A stretch of DNA of 64,000 nt from an uncultured Eubacteriales bacterium. GTDB lineage: Bacteria; Bacillota; Clostridia; Oscillospirales; Acutalibacteraceae. Every line of letters starts with the position of its first letter. Within the stretch, counting starts at the first letter, position 1. The position numbers were made by a program, and so were the translations under genes. The notes beneath the pieces are model-generated. The model made no database searches. It had not been told where the DNA came from and worked only from the letters and a program-made list of their open reading frames with translations. This document shows positions 18,395 through 27,263 of the stretch, piece after piece. The stretch covers positions 5,147 through 69,146 of the forward strand of contig CAKSQZ010000005.1 of NCBI GenBank assembly GCA_934486895.1, given 5' to 3'.

Positions 18395-19741
18395 ATGACT
18401 TTGAGAATCAGCCGGCGCGGATTTATCCGTGTTGTCAGCTTTTCGACAGCACTTTTGCTGTCGCTTTCGGTGTATGCCGTGTCCTCGTGCATGACGGCAA
18501 AACGCTATAAAAACGATCTTCAAAACGATTATTCGGCGGCTTTATCGGAGCTGACCGAATGCTTATCGGCGATCAACTTAAATCTGCAAAAGCAGATCTA
18601 CGCTTCAACGCCGACACAGCTCTCTATGCTTTCAAGCAAGTTGTCCAAACAGGCAGGCGACGCAAAAAGTGCGGTTTCGCGGCTTCCGCTTCCGAGTTCG
18701 GGATCTTCGGGAATCTATCGTTTTTTATCGCAGGTGGGCGAATACTCTTTATCGCTTGCTTCCAAAGCCGCCGCGGGCGGCAGTCTCACCGAAAAAGAAC
18801 GGCTTAATTTGAATAAGCTGAGCCAATATGCGAACTCGCTTTCGGGAAAAGTTGATACGCTCAACGCAGCTCTTGACGGCTCTGCGATGTGGGATGGCGA
18901 GATAGAGTATGCGCTGAGCGGACTCGATGATGAAAACACCTCGCAGATCGCCGCGGCAGCAGAGGACATTGCGCAGACTGTAACTGATTATCCGACTTTG
19001 ATCTACGACGGTCCGTTTTCCGATCATATTGACCGCAAGACACCTGCATACACCGCCGATAAGCTGACTGTGAGCCGTGACAGTGCAAGGACAATGGCGG
19101 CAAAATATCTCGACTGCGAAATAGGAGATCTCATTTACAACGGTGATGAAAACAGCGTTACGGCGGCATATACATTTGAGTGTGACGACCGTGTTTGCGC
19201 TGTGACAAAAGAAGGCGGAGCACTGCTATATATCTCATCGGGCAGGCGGACGGAAAATGCGAAATTCAATGAACAGGACGCTGTTAAGACGGCTTCAAAA
19301 TATCTTTCTCAGAAGTTGGGACTTGAATTCAAGGAAAGCTATTATATGATAGAAAACGGTGTGTGCACAATCAATTTTGCCTGTGTTCAAAACGGGATCG
19401 TTTGCTACAACGATCTTATAAAAGTCGGGGTGGCGCTCGATAACGGCAGGATAGAGGAAGTTGAGGCGAGAGGATTTATTATGAATCACCACGCGCGGAA
19501 AACACAGGATGCAAAGTACACCGCCGACCGCGCTAAAAGCGTTGTCAGCAATGAGCTTGCGGTAAAGTCGGCGATGCTGTGTCTTATAGATATGAACGGC
19601 ACAGATGAGAAACTTTGCTATGAATTCACCTGCTCCGGAAAAAACGGCGATGATGTTTTGGTTTATGTCAATGCAAACACACTTAAAGAGGAGAATATTC
19701 TTATTCTTCAGCACATGGACGGCGGTACGCTTACACGATAA
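18395..19741 (+). CDS. ypeB: Germination protein YpeB-like (N-terminal TM anchor, C-terminal PepSY-type repeats)
   Basis: Size (~450 aa), signal anchor and overall pattern match YpeB. No sleB lies next to it in this window. Confidence 0.7.
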   Translation: MTLRISRRGFIRVVSFSTALLLSLSVYAVSSCMTAKRYKNDLQNDYSAALSELTECLSAINLNLQKQIYASTPTQLSMLSSKLSKQAGDAKSAVSRLPLPSSGSSGIYRFLSQVGEYSLSLASKAAAGGSLTEKERLNLNKLSQYANSLSGKVDTLNAALDGSAMWDGEIEYALSGLDDENTSQIAAAAEDIAQTVTDYPTLIYDGPFSDHIDRKTPAYTADKLTVSRDSARTMAAKYLDCEIGDLIYNGDENSVTAAYTFECDDRVCAVTKEGGALLYISSGRRTENAKFNEQDAVKTASKYLSQKLGLEFKESYYMIENGVCTINFACVQNGIVCYNDLIKVGVALDNGRIEEVEARGFIMNHHARKTQDAKYTADRAKSVVSNELAVKSAMLCLIDMNGTDEKLCYEFTCSGKNGDDVLVYVNANTLKEENILILQHMDGGTLTR

Positions 19742-19744
19742 AAA

Positions 19745-19770
19745 AGAGGGGCAAACGCCCCTCTTTGGCA
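19745..19770 (+). terminator. Terminator hairpin after ypeB
   Basis: AGAGGGGC/GCCCCTCT stem, followed by TTTGGCAGTTTTT. Confidence 0.5.
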
Positions 19771-19839
19771 GTTTTTGAATCAGAGCGAAAAGGCAAGTTT
19801 GAGACATTTGCAGAATCATTCGACCCGAAATTATACCGT

Positions 19840-19868
19840 TTGACATTTGGCTACGAGCGTGTTATAAT
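19840..19868 (+). promoter_or_regulatory. Promoter TTGACA-17-TATAAT
   Basis: TTGACA at 19840-19845, TATAAT at 19863-19868. Confidence 0.6.
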
Positions 19869-19904
19869 TGTTACAAATAAGTAATCATTTAAGGATTGAG
19901 AAAT

Positions 19905-21014
19905 ATGAGGATTTTAAAGATTTTATCGGCGGCAACCGCTGCCGCAATCATTTCCGCAGTGATTCCCTTCTCAGCTTACGCCGTTTCAAACGAACAGTAT
20001 ATATATAATTTTCTGACTACAAAGATCGGATTTAACACGGCTGCCGCGTGCGGCGTGCTTGCGAATATTGAGAAAGAATCCAATTTCAATCCCGATCTGA
20101 AAGAATACGGCTACACATGGGACGAGGGCTGCGGCTACGGTATCTGCCAATGGACAAATTATCCGAGAGCCTCAGGCAAAGGCAACCGCACCGATCTTGT
20201 TAACTGGTGCAACAGTAATGGTTATAATTACAAATCGCTTGAAGGGCAGCTTCAGTTTTTAAAATATCATCTGAGCACAAGCTATCATTACAACCGTGTC
20301 ACAAAGAAGCTGCTCCAGCTGCCCAACACATCTGACGGAACTTATCAGGCGGGTTACATATGGTGCTATTACTATGAGATACCGGCCGGTTACAACACGG
20401 GTGTCTCGGAGGCTCGCGGAAACTATGCGGTCAACAACTACTGGTATAAGTACAGCGGGCAGTCAAGACCCACAGGGCAATACAAAGTGACTGCCGACCC
20501 TTATCTTAATATCCGCAAAGAGCCGAATACCTCTTCGTCTGTTATAGGAAAGGTTTATCTTAACACCGTTGTCACTGTGACACAAATCTCGAATAACTGG
20601 GCTAAAATCACATACAACGGCGTTACAGGTTGGTGCAGCATGGGATATATGACGCTTGTGCAGGCGGCAACAACCACGACCACGACAAAGAAAACCACGA
20701 CCACGACCACAACAAAGAAAACTACAACCACAACAACCACAACAACCACAACAACGACAAAGGCAACTACCGCCACAACAACGACAACAACTGCTGCGAC
20801 ACCTGTTCTGTCGGGCGATGTCAATTCAAACGGTATTGTCAATCTTGCTGATGCCAGGCTGTTGATCAAATATATTGCAAGCGGAGAACTGCCGTTTGGG
20901 GCAAATCTTAAGAACTGCGATGTAGACCTGGACGGTGTTGTGACACTTGCCGATGCAAGACAACTTATTATGATTATTGCCAGCAACGAAGGAGACTTGA
21001 TACTGACTGTTTGA
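19905..21014 (+). CDS. Secreted lysozyme-like (phage-tail-lysozyme-type) domain, SH3b, Thr-rich linker and type I dockerin protein
   Basis: Signal peptide ...PFSAYA. Lysozyme-like GVLANIEKESNFNP...GYGICQW. SH3b YKVTADPYLNIRKEP...GWCSMGYM. Duplicated dockerin Ca-binding repeats GDVNSNGIVNLADA / CDVDLDGVVTLADA. Confidence 0.8.
   Translation: MRILKILSAATAAAIISAVIPFSAYAVSNEQYIYNFLTTKIGFNTAAACGVLANIEKESNFNPDLKEYGYTWDEGCGYGICQWTNYPRASGKGNRTDLVNWCNSNGYNYKSLEGQLQFLKYHLSTSYHYNRVTKKLLQLPNTSDGTYQAGYIWCYYYEIPAGYNTGVSEARGNYAVNNYWYKYSGQSRPTGQYKVTADPYLNIRKEPNTSSSVIGKVYLNTVVTVTQISNNWAKITYNGVTGWCSMGYMTLVQAATTTTTTKKTTTTTTTKKTTTTTTTTTTTTTKATTATTTTTTAATPVLSGDVNSNGIVNLADARLLIKYIASGELPFGANLKNCDVDLDGVVTLADARQLIMIIASNEGDLILTV
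20668..20800 (+). repeat. Low-complexity coding repeat (ACN/AAR codons) encoding the TTTTTTKK-type linker
   Basis: Directly visible run of acc/aca/acg codons. It lies in frame inside CDS 19905-21014. Confidence 0.8.
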
Positions 21015-21041
21015 TATTTTTAAAAAACATTTAAAAAGTGC

Positions 21042-21070
21042 TTGATTTTTCAGTGTGAACATGATATAAT
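21042..21070 (+). promoter_or_regulatory. Promoter TTGATT-17-TATAAT upstream of rplS
   Basis: TTGATT at 21042-21047, TATAAT at 21065-21070. Confidence 0.55.
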
Positions 21071-21076
21071 ATATAA

Positions 21077-21204
21077 GCTTTTGATTTCACCGAACCTATT
21101 CGGCTGGGGTCAATGCGCGGGCTTACGCCCACACATTGAAGCGGGCGGTCCTCTGTGCAATGTTGCGCACGAACGCTTGAAATATTAAATAGGAGGACAA
21201 TGAA
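21077..21204 (+). ncRNA. Structured 5' leader of rplS (possible L19 autoregulatory leader)
   Basis: ~125-nt GC-rich leader with several hairpins (CCGAACCTATTCGG, GCGGGCTTACGCCC). L19 leaders are known in Firmicutes. No covariance model was run. Confidence 0.3.
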
Positions 21205-21546
21205 ATGGACATGGTCAAAAATCTGACTCAGGGTCAGCTCAAGGAGAACGCTCCTGAAGTTACCGTAGGCGCTACCGTTAAGGTATACGTTAAGATCCGC
21301 GAGGGTGAGAAATCCAGAATCCAGCTTTTCGAGGGCACGATCATTGCTGTCAACGGAACAGGAATTGCTAAGACTTTCACTGTAAGAAAAATCGCTTACG
21401 GCGTTGGTATTGAAAGAGTTTTCCCCGTTCACTCGCCTAATGTTGAAAAGGTTGAGGTAGTCAGTTACGGTAAGGCTCGCAGAAGCAAGCTCTATTATCT
21501 GCGCGATCGCGTCGGTAAGGCTGCTAAGCTTAAGCAGAAGCTGTAA
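21205..21546 (+). CDS. rplS: 50S ribosomal protein L19
   Basis: Canonical L19 sequence (...RIQLFEGTIIAVNG...RKIAYGVGIERVFPVHSP...). Confidence 0.95.
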   Translation: MDMVKNLTQGQLKENAPEVTVGATVKVYVKIREGEKSRIQLFEGTIIAVNGTGIAKTFTVRKIAYGVGIERVFPVHSPNVEKVEVVSYGKARRSKLYYLRDRVGKAAKLKQKL

Positions 21547-21559
21547 ATCAAAACAAAAA

Positions 21560-21596
21560 CAAGCTGTATCTATTGCGGATACAGCTTGTTTTTTAT
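21560..21596 (+). terminator. Rho-independent terminator of rplS
   Basis: CAAGCTGTATC/GATACAGCTTG stem followed by TTTTTTATT. Confidence 0.8.
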
Positions 21597-21600
21597 TATG

Positions 21601-21724
21601 AAAAAAGCCCCCTATAAAAGGGGCCGCCGGCCGATGGCAGGGAAGCTTCATCGACCGGCAGAAGGGAAATATATAGATGTAACAAGACAGCAAATCAATT
21701 ATGGTAGGACTTTATCCTTACCGT
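21601..21724 (-). ncRNA. Candidate ~120-nt small RNA (orphan promoter-to-terminator unit)
   Basis: Bounded by a consensus promoter (21731-21759) and a GCCCC/GGGGC hairpin plus TTTTTT (21624-21601). Internal hairpins are present. No SD-preceded ORF. Confidence 0.3.
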
Positions 21725-21730
21725 GATTTC

Positions 21731-21759
21731 ATTATAGCATACTGCTTTTTTATTTGCAA
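21731..21759 (-). promoter_or_regulatory. Leftward promoter TTGCAA-17-TATAAT with no gene behind it
   Basis: rc of 21754-21759 is TTGCAA, rc of 21731-21736 is TATAAT, with an exact 17-nt spacer and an A-rich upstream tract. Confidence 0.5.
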
Positions 21760-21797
21760 ATGCATTTTTTGCAATCCTGATATGTTTTTACAGCATA

Positions 21798-23225
21798 TCA
21801 TATGTTGGTAACACGAATCGCGTCGGTAATCGTCTTTTCCATTGCGAGCCTGCCGTATTTATCGACATCAGCCTTATTCTTATCGCCGTGTGTGAGGCAG
21901 CCTGCGCCGCCGATACAGCCGCCTGTGCAAGCCATGCCCTCGATAAAGTTGGAAGCCGATCTGCCCTTAGACGCTTTCAAAAGCTCAATCCTGCAAGCGG
22001 CAATACCGTCACACGATACGGGCTTGAGCTCGAAATCATCGATTCCCTGCTCTTTGAGCGCCTGGGCGACAGCATCGGAAAGACCGCCGCTGCGGGCAAA
22101 AATTCTGCCGTAGTACGAAGCGTTATCAAGTGCGGTTTCAGAAAGCTCGGTGAGATCCATATCTCTGCTGTCAAACAGCGCCTGAAGCTCCTCAAAGGTT
22201 ATAACACTATCGATATACTTTGAGACCTCGGGCTTCTGGAATTCCATTTTCTTTGCCGTACACGGACCGATGAAAACGATCTTTGAATTCGGAGTTGTTT
22301 CCTTGATATATTTCGCGATCATTGCCATAGGCGAAAGATTATGCGAGATCTTATCATTGAGCTCGGGGAAGCTCTTGTGGATATAGTCCACAAATGCAGG
22401 GCAGCAGGAGCTTGTGAGGAAGCCTTTTTCCGCAAGCTCGCGAGATTCTGAATAAGCGACCATATCTGCTCCGAGAGCTGCCTCGACGACATGGTAAAAA
22501 CCGAGCTGTTTAATACCCTCGATGACCTGACCGAGCTTTGCATAGATGAACTGACTCGAAATACTCGGAGCGACAACGGCATAAAGCTTATATTTTTTAT
22601 TATCCTCGCTGCCCTTTATAAGGTCGATAACATCGAGAATGAATGACTTATCGGTGAGCGCACCCCACGGGCACTGATAAACGCAGGCGCCGCAGGAAAT
22701 ACACTTATCATTATCGATTTTAGCCGCGCCGTCCTCAGCCATTGAGATAGCGTTTATCTTGCAGGCGGACTCGCACGGACGCATACGGTTTGCGATAGCG
22801 GAATACGGGCAGACAGCCGCGCATCTGCCGCAGTTTACGCATTTCGATTTATCGATATGTGCTTTCTGATGTTCATCAAAACTGATAGCATCTCTCGGGC
22901 AAACATCCTCGCAGCGGTGAGCAAGACAGCCGCGGCACGAATCTGTGACTGTGTATCCGCCGGCGGGACATTCATCGCAAGCGATATCGATTACTTCAAT
23001 GACATTCGGGTTTTTCTTATCTCCGCCCATTGCTATTTTGATACGCTCGGAGAGAATTGCACGTTCTTTATAAACGCAGCAACGCATGGTCGATTCCTTG
23101 CCGGGGATCAGCTCTTTCGGAATGTCTACAATAGACTCCTTGAGATCGCCGTTCCAGTGGTGTCTGGCAACCTCTCTTAGCACCTTATATTTTAGATGCT
23201 GTACCTTTGTGTCAAATTTTCTCAT
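21798..23225 (-). CDS. Monomeric [FeFe] hydrogenase, catalytic type (group-B-like)
   Basis: Several CxxCxxCxxxCP ferredoxin motifs and H-cluster motifs TSSCCP, GPCTAKK, MACTGGCIGGAG. Confidence 0.85.
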   Translation of the reverse strand: MRKFDTKVQHLKYKVLREVARHHWNGDLKESIVDIPKELIPGKESTMRCCVYKERAILSERIKIAMGGDKKNPNVIEVIDIACDECPAGGYTVTDSCRGCLAHRCEDVCPRDAISFDEHQKAHIDKSKCVNCGRCAAVCPYSAIANRMRPCESACKINAISMAEDGAAKIDNDKCISCGACVYQCPWGALTDKSFILDVIDLIKGSEDNKKYKLYAVVAPSISSQFIYAKLGQVIEGIKQLGFYHVVEAALGADMVAYSESRELAEKGFLTSSCCPAFVDYIHKSFPELNDKISHNLSPMAMIAKYIKETTPNSKIVFIGPCTAKKMEFQKPEVSKYIDSVITFEELQALFDSRDMDLTELSETALDNASYYGRIFARSGGLSDAVAQALKEQGIDDFELKPVSCDGIAACRIELLKASKGRSASNFIEGMACTGGCIGGAGCLTHGDKNKADVDKYGRLAMEKTITDAIRVTNI

Positions 23226-23246
23226 AAATTTTCCTCCTAAAAACGA

Positions 23247-24428
23247 TCAAAAATAGCTGACCTTGATTCGTTTGCCCATCTTTTTAAGGCACTCGGTGAG
23301 TTCTTCGACCAAGCGCATTTTGATATTGAAGTTTATCGGCAGATCGGGGTTTTGATGAGCGGGGTTGATGGCTCTGCCGACAAAGAAGTTAATATCGGTT
23401 GCTTCTTCAAACAACATCCTTGCGATTTTTGAAGCACCGTCCTGCGAGGTACTCCACTTCTCATAAAGATTGTTATCCGCAAGATAGTTCTTTGCATATT
23501 CAAGCACGCGGTTGATAGTTATAACACCTTCTGTTACAAGGTCTGCACCTTCAAGCTCCGCGATAGGCGGAATGACGGGATCGGCAAACTGCAAAGTCGG
23601 CTTCAGCGGCTTTTTAAGAAAGTCCGCCGCAATAGTTGAAGTCGAACCGCCGCAGATGATATGCTTGCCCTGCTTTCCGAAAAACAGCGACATCATTTTA
23701 TGGCAGTCGTCGCGATTGGACGGAGGCCCGATGATAAGGTTCATCGGCTCTCTGCGGCGAATGCGGACGGTTACTACCGTTGCATCGTCGCCCGGTTTGC
23801 CGTCATACAGGCGGTCGCACTCATCGAGCAGAATAGCTGTCAGCGTTTTGGCGGTGAAGCCTATGCCGCTGAAAGTTTCGAGAAAGGAAACAATGTCTTC
23901 CCTTTTCCAGCCGAAATTATAAATATTTCCGACTCCGGCATGTTCAACGCCGTCCGAAAAAGCGATAAATGTATCGTTTTCCTGAATATAAAGCTCGCTT
24001 CTTGTTATTTTTTTGCCCTCGATATATGTAGCGGTCGAGGGCAGATCGCAATACTTACCGTCCCTGAACAGCACGACGTTCGGGCTGTCGTACTGGATTA
24101 TCTCAGCTTTGCGGTTTTTAACAATGCGGATAACGGTGAATGTGGAATATGCCACATGGCGCACCGAGCAGACAGGAAGCGTCTGCACTATGGTTGCAAC
24201 GGCATCCTCCAGCTTTAAGCCTGACGCGAGCATTGTGGACAATATCTTGGATGTCAGTGTTGAGAGAATACACGCTTTAACACCGCTTCCGAGTCCGTCG
24301 GCAAGCACGATGACGGTTGAATTATCATCCTGCGGGACGACCTCGACATGGTCGCCGCAAAGCTGTTCACCCTCATGGTTTATGCTCATATAGCCAATGT
24401 CGGCGCAAAGATCATTCATCATGCTCAT
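23247..24428 (-). CDS. PP2C/SpoIIE-family serine phosphatase
   Basis: N-terminal GDHVEVV...VLADGLGSGVKA pattern, later FSDGV. Overlaps the hydS stop by 17 nt. Confidence 0.85.
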   Translation of the reverse strand: MSMMNDLCADIGYMSINHEGEQLCGDHVEVVPQDDNSTVIVLADGLGSGVKACILSTLTSKILSTMLASGLKLEDAVATIVQTLPVCSVRHVAYSTFTVIRIVKNRKAEIIQYDSPNVVLFRDGKYCDLPSTATYIEGKKITRSELYIQENDTFIAFSDGVEHAGVGNIYNFGWKREDIVSFLETFSGIGFTAKTLTAILLDECDRLYDGKPGDDATVVTVRIRRREPMNLIIGPPSNRDDCHKMMSLFFGKQGKHIICGGSTSTIAADFLKKPLKPTLQFADPVIPPIAELEGADLVTEGVITINRVLEYAKNYLADNNLYEKWSTSQDGASKIARMLFEEATDINFFVGRAINPAHQNPDLPINFNIKMRLVEELTECLKKMGKRIKVSYF

Positions 24429-26091
24429 GCGGCATAGACTCCTTTAACTTTGTAAGCGCGATCTTGGTCTCGGCGGCGGTTTCTCCGAGCAGAGACGCGA
24501 TCTCCTGAACGATACGCATCTGCTTATCAACGACCTTATCGGCAACCTGTGCTGTTTGTGCAGCAAGCTGTTCCTTACGCTTTTTCTCATCTTCTTCCTC
24601 GGTTACATCACGGAGAATAGAGATCAGAATATGCGATGAACGGTCACAGATAATAGTCTGCTCGAAATATTTTTTATATTCGGCATAATAATCGCGCTTT
24701 TCGTTTATGCCGATGCCGGTCTCGATAGCGTCCAAAAACGGGGTCGGATCAAGTATTCTGATGACCTGATCGCCGAGGACATCCGACTGCGTTGCAATAT
24801 GAAGCATTTTCATTGCCGCGCGGTTGACTTGCTGAACCTCAAGGTCTTCATTAACAACGATAATACCGTTAGGTGTGTTGTTGAGGATATTATTCGAGAA
24901 GCGCTCGGATTTCTCCATGAGGTAAGGCAGGCACATGCTGATGTCCGCTTTGCCGCGGCAGACGGCGATCGCCTTGTCGCGGCAGGAATCATAACCGCAC
25001 GAGCCGCAATTCAAGCAGTCCTCCGGCTTATTCTTGCCCATTTTCTTAAGAGCTTCATTTATCTCCGCTTCGCTCGGCATGACCTGCGGACAGCCGATAT
25101 AAGAACGGTATTTTCTGAGGGTTTCGGGGGCGACCTCAGCGACATCGAAATCCTCATTTCCGGCATAATCGGTTATTTCTTTATAATGTCTCACCGGCGA
25201 ATTACGGTATTTCTCCATGACAGGGCCGCCGATACAGCTTCCCGCGCAAGCCGACATTTCGATAAAGCAATGGTGAACACTGCCCGACTTTATATCTTCA
25301 AGCGCGGATTTGCAGTTTTCAACACCGTCAACCGCGAGATATGTATACGATTTTTCGCTGCAATTCATTGTTTTGAGAATTCCGCCGACTGTGGGGAAAA
25401 GTCTCGCTTTGGACTGCTCACTGCTGTCCGGCACGCTATCGACGGTTATACCGGCTTCCCTGAGCATTGTGGCAAGCTCTTTGAAGGTGATAACAGCATC
25501 GACAACGCCGTTGTCGGCTTCGTCCTTCTTGGAGAGGCACGGACCGATGAAAACTGTTTTCGCATCGGGATAGCGGCGCTTGATGTCGAGGCAATGTGCC
25601 TGCATAGGCGATACTACCGGAGCAAGATATTCCGCAAGCTCTGGATAGTATTTACCGATAAGCAGATTAACCGAATGACAGCAGGAAGAGATGATTATAT
25701 CCTGAGTGCCCTCGGATAAAATGCGATCATACTCACGCTTAACGAGAGTTGCACCGATCGCAGTCTCTTCGACATCGGCAAAGCCGAGCTTTTTAAGAGC
25801 AACTGTCAGCGAATCGATACCGCTGCCCTCGAAATATGCGATAAACGACGGTGCAACACTTGCGATGACGGGTTTATCTCCAGAAAGCAGGACATTGACA
25901 ATACCGATCTCATCCACGATCTCCTTGGCATTCTGCGGGCAAACGACAAAGCACTGGCCGCACAGGATACATTCTTCCGGAACAATATGCGCCTGATTGC
26001 CCGAAAACTTAATCGATTTGACGGGACAATGACGAATACATTTATAGCAATTTTTACAGTTGGACTTTTTAAGCTTTAAAAACTCAGCCAT
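24412..26091 (-). CDS. hydS: Sensory (group-C-like) [FeFe] hydrogenase with a C-terminal PAS-like domain
   Basis: 2x[4Fe-4S] N-terminus, modified H-cluster motifs SSCCH / GPCLSKK / MSACAGSCIGGP, an extra CLNCGSCGYDSC cluster, then a PAS-like tail. Start moved to MAEFLKLKK (AGGAG RBS). Confidence 0.8.
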   Translation of the reverse strand: MAEFLKLKKSNCKNCYKCIRHCPVKSIKFSGNQAHIVPEECILCGQCFVVCPQNAKEIVDEIGIVNVLLSGDKPVIASVAPSFIAYFEGSGIDSLTVALKKLGFADVEETAIGATLVKREYDRILSEGTQDIIISSCCHSVNLLIGKYYPELAEYLAPVVSPMQAHCLDIKRRYPDAKTVFIGPCLSKKDEADNGVVDAVITFKELATMLREAGITVDSVPDSSEQSKARLFPTVGGILKTMNCSEKSYTYLAVDGVENCKSALEDIKSGSVHHCFIEMSACAGSCIGGPVMEKYRNSPVRHYKEITDYAGNEDFDVAEVAPETLRKYRSYIGCPQVMPSEAEINEALKKMGKNKPEDCLNCGSCGYDSCRDKAIAVCRGKADISMCLPYLMEKSERFSNNILNNTPNGIIVVNEDLEVQQVNRAAMKMLHIATQSDVLGDQVIRILDPTPFLDAIETGIGINEKRDYYAEYKKYFEQTIICDRSSHILISILRDVTEEEDEKKRKEQLAAQTAQVADKVVDKQMRIVQEIASLLGETAAETKIALTKLKESMPHEHDE

Positions 26092-26169
26092 AAAGTCACT
26101 CCTTTCTTGAGTGGAAAAAACGGCGCAGTTAAACAAAGGGCAGCCCGCGGCCGCCCTTTGCAATAAGCT

Positions 26170-26412
26170 TTAATTAACTGCCGGAAGGATCTCTTTTTCA
26201 AAAAACTCCTGAACAGTCTCGGGAGATACCGAAAATTCCTTATCATCGATCGTGACATTAACGCCGGTCTGACATTTGCCCATGCAAAATGTTCCCGAAA
26301 GTTCAACCTTATCTTTCAAATCATTATCTGCGATAAGATTCTGAAGCTGTTCGACTACCTGGCGCGAACCTTTAAGATGGCAGGAGCTTCCGATACAAAT
26401 AGTTACTTTCAT
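26170..26412 (-). CDS. Thioredoxin-like [2Fe-2S] ferredoxin-domain protein
   Basis: 80 aa with a C...C...C...C pattern (CIGSSCHLKG ... FCMGKC). Confidence 0.8.
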   Translation of the reverse strand: MKVTICIGSSCHLKGSRQVVEQLQNLIADNDLKDKVELSGTFCMGKCQTGVNVTIDDKEFSVSPETVQEFFEKEILPAVN

Positions 26413-26493
26413 TGCCTATGTTCCTTTCCCTTTTTTATTATACACGACGGTGTCCGCGTGCGGCAATAAACCGAACGCGGGCACCGATCTTTA

Positions 26494-27249
26494 TTATTCG
26501 TAATCTACGACATTAACCCAACGAAGCAGGAATTCTCTCTCGTTTTCATTGCCCTTGACCGACTGCGAAGCAGCTACGATAGGCATCCATTTCTGGACAT
26601 ACTGCTTTGCAGTATCGCTCTTCTTGCAGAACAGATCAAGATAATCATCAGCGAGTTTCTTGTCGCCCGAGAGGCAGAACAGAAGATATGTTCTTGCAAC
26701 ATCGGCGGACGCATTTCCCTGTGTTGCGTGCGACCAGTCGATGATGTACGGAACGCCCTCTTCATTGATGATAATGTTTGAGGGGTTGAAGTCGCCGTGG
26801 CAGACCTTCTTATGCTTCGGCATACCCTCAAGGCGGGTGTGCAGTTCATAACGGGTCGTAGCGTCAAGATCGGTTTCGCTGATCTTGCGGTTCATCTTGT
26901 CCTTCAGCTTGTTAAGAAGCGGAGCTGTGCGGGAATGAACATCCATCTGAAGATCAACAAACAGATTAAGATACTCATCTCTCTTTTCGGGGTTTTCAGC
27001 CATGAGCTGAGCGAGTGTCTTACCTCTGATGAACTCAGAGCGGATAGCCCATTTACCGTCGATCTTCATGACTTCGAGGATCTTCGGGATATTAAGACCG
27101 GTTTCCTCAACACGAGCCTGGTTAAGTGCTTCGTTGAGAACATCGGCTTTTGAAAAATCTTCATCAAAAACCTTGATGACTGTTTCGCCGTCACGGTAGA
27201 TCGTTTTCGAGGTTCTTACCGCAATGACCTTATCTGCCTGAATACTCAT
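26494..27249 (-). CDS. Aminoglycoside-phosphotransferase-fold (eukaryotic-like) kinase family protein
   Basis: Catalytic loop HGDFNPSNIII and IDW metal-binding motif. Lies 14 nt downstream of adhE. Confidence 0.75.
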   Translation of the reverse strand: MSIQADKVIAVRTSKTIYRDGETVIKVFDEDFSKADVLNEALNQARVEETGLNIPKILEVMKIDGKWAIRSEFIRGKTLAQLMAENPEKRDEYLNLFVDLQMDVHSRTAPLLNKLKDKMNRKISETDLDATTRYELHTRLEGMPKHKKVCHGDFNPSNIIINEEGVPYIIDWSHATQGNASADVARTYLLFCLSGDKKLADDYLDLFCKKSDTAKQYVQKWMPIVAASQSVKGNENEREFLLRWVNVVDYE

Positions 27250-27263
27250 TTATATAGCCCTCC

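Noticed and set aside
20668-20800. Highly repetitive ACC/ACA/ACG tract as a possible non-coding tandem repeat or CRISPR-like array
   Set aside because: It lies in frame inside CDS 19905-21014 and encodes a Thr/Lys linker between the SH3b and dockerin domains. It has no spacer-repeat architecture.
21031-21693. 220-aa minus-strand ORF spanning the rplS region
   Set aside because: It runs antisense through the whole of rplS and through two terminator hairpins, has no RBS, and translates implausibly. Only the non-coding 21601-21724 part was kept, as an sRNA candidate.
24412-26163. Longer ORF-track starts for hydS (26163), csoR (42263), tsf (47562), rpsB (48412), aspartate kinase (44404), guaA (52239), the nucleotidyltransferase (57849), the DUF4282 gene (54683) and the CI-like repressor (1366)
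   Set aside because: In each case an internal ATG or GTG with a proper Shine-Dalgarno reproduces the canonical family N-terminus. The extensions are translated upstream or promoter sequence.
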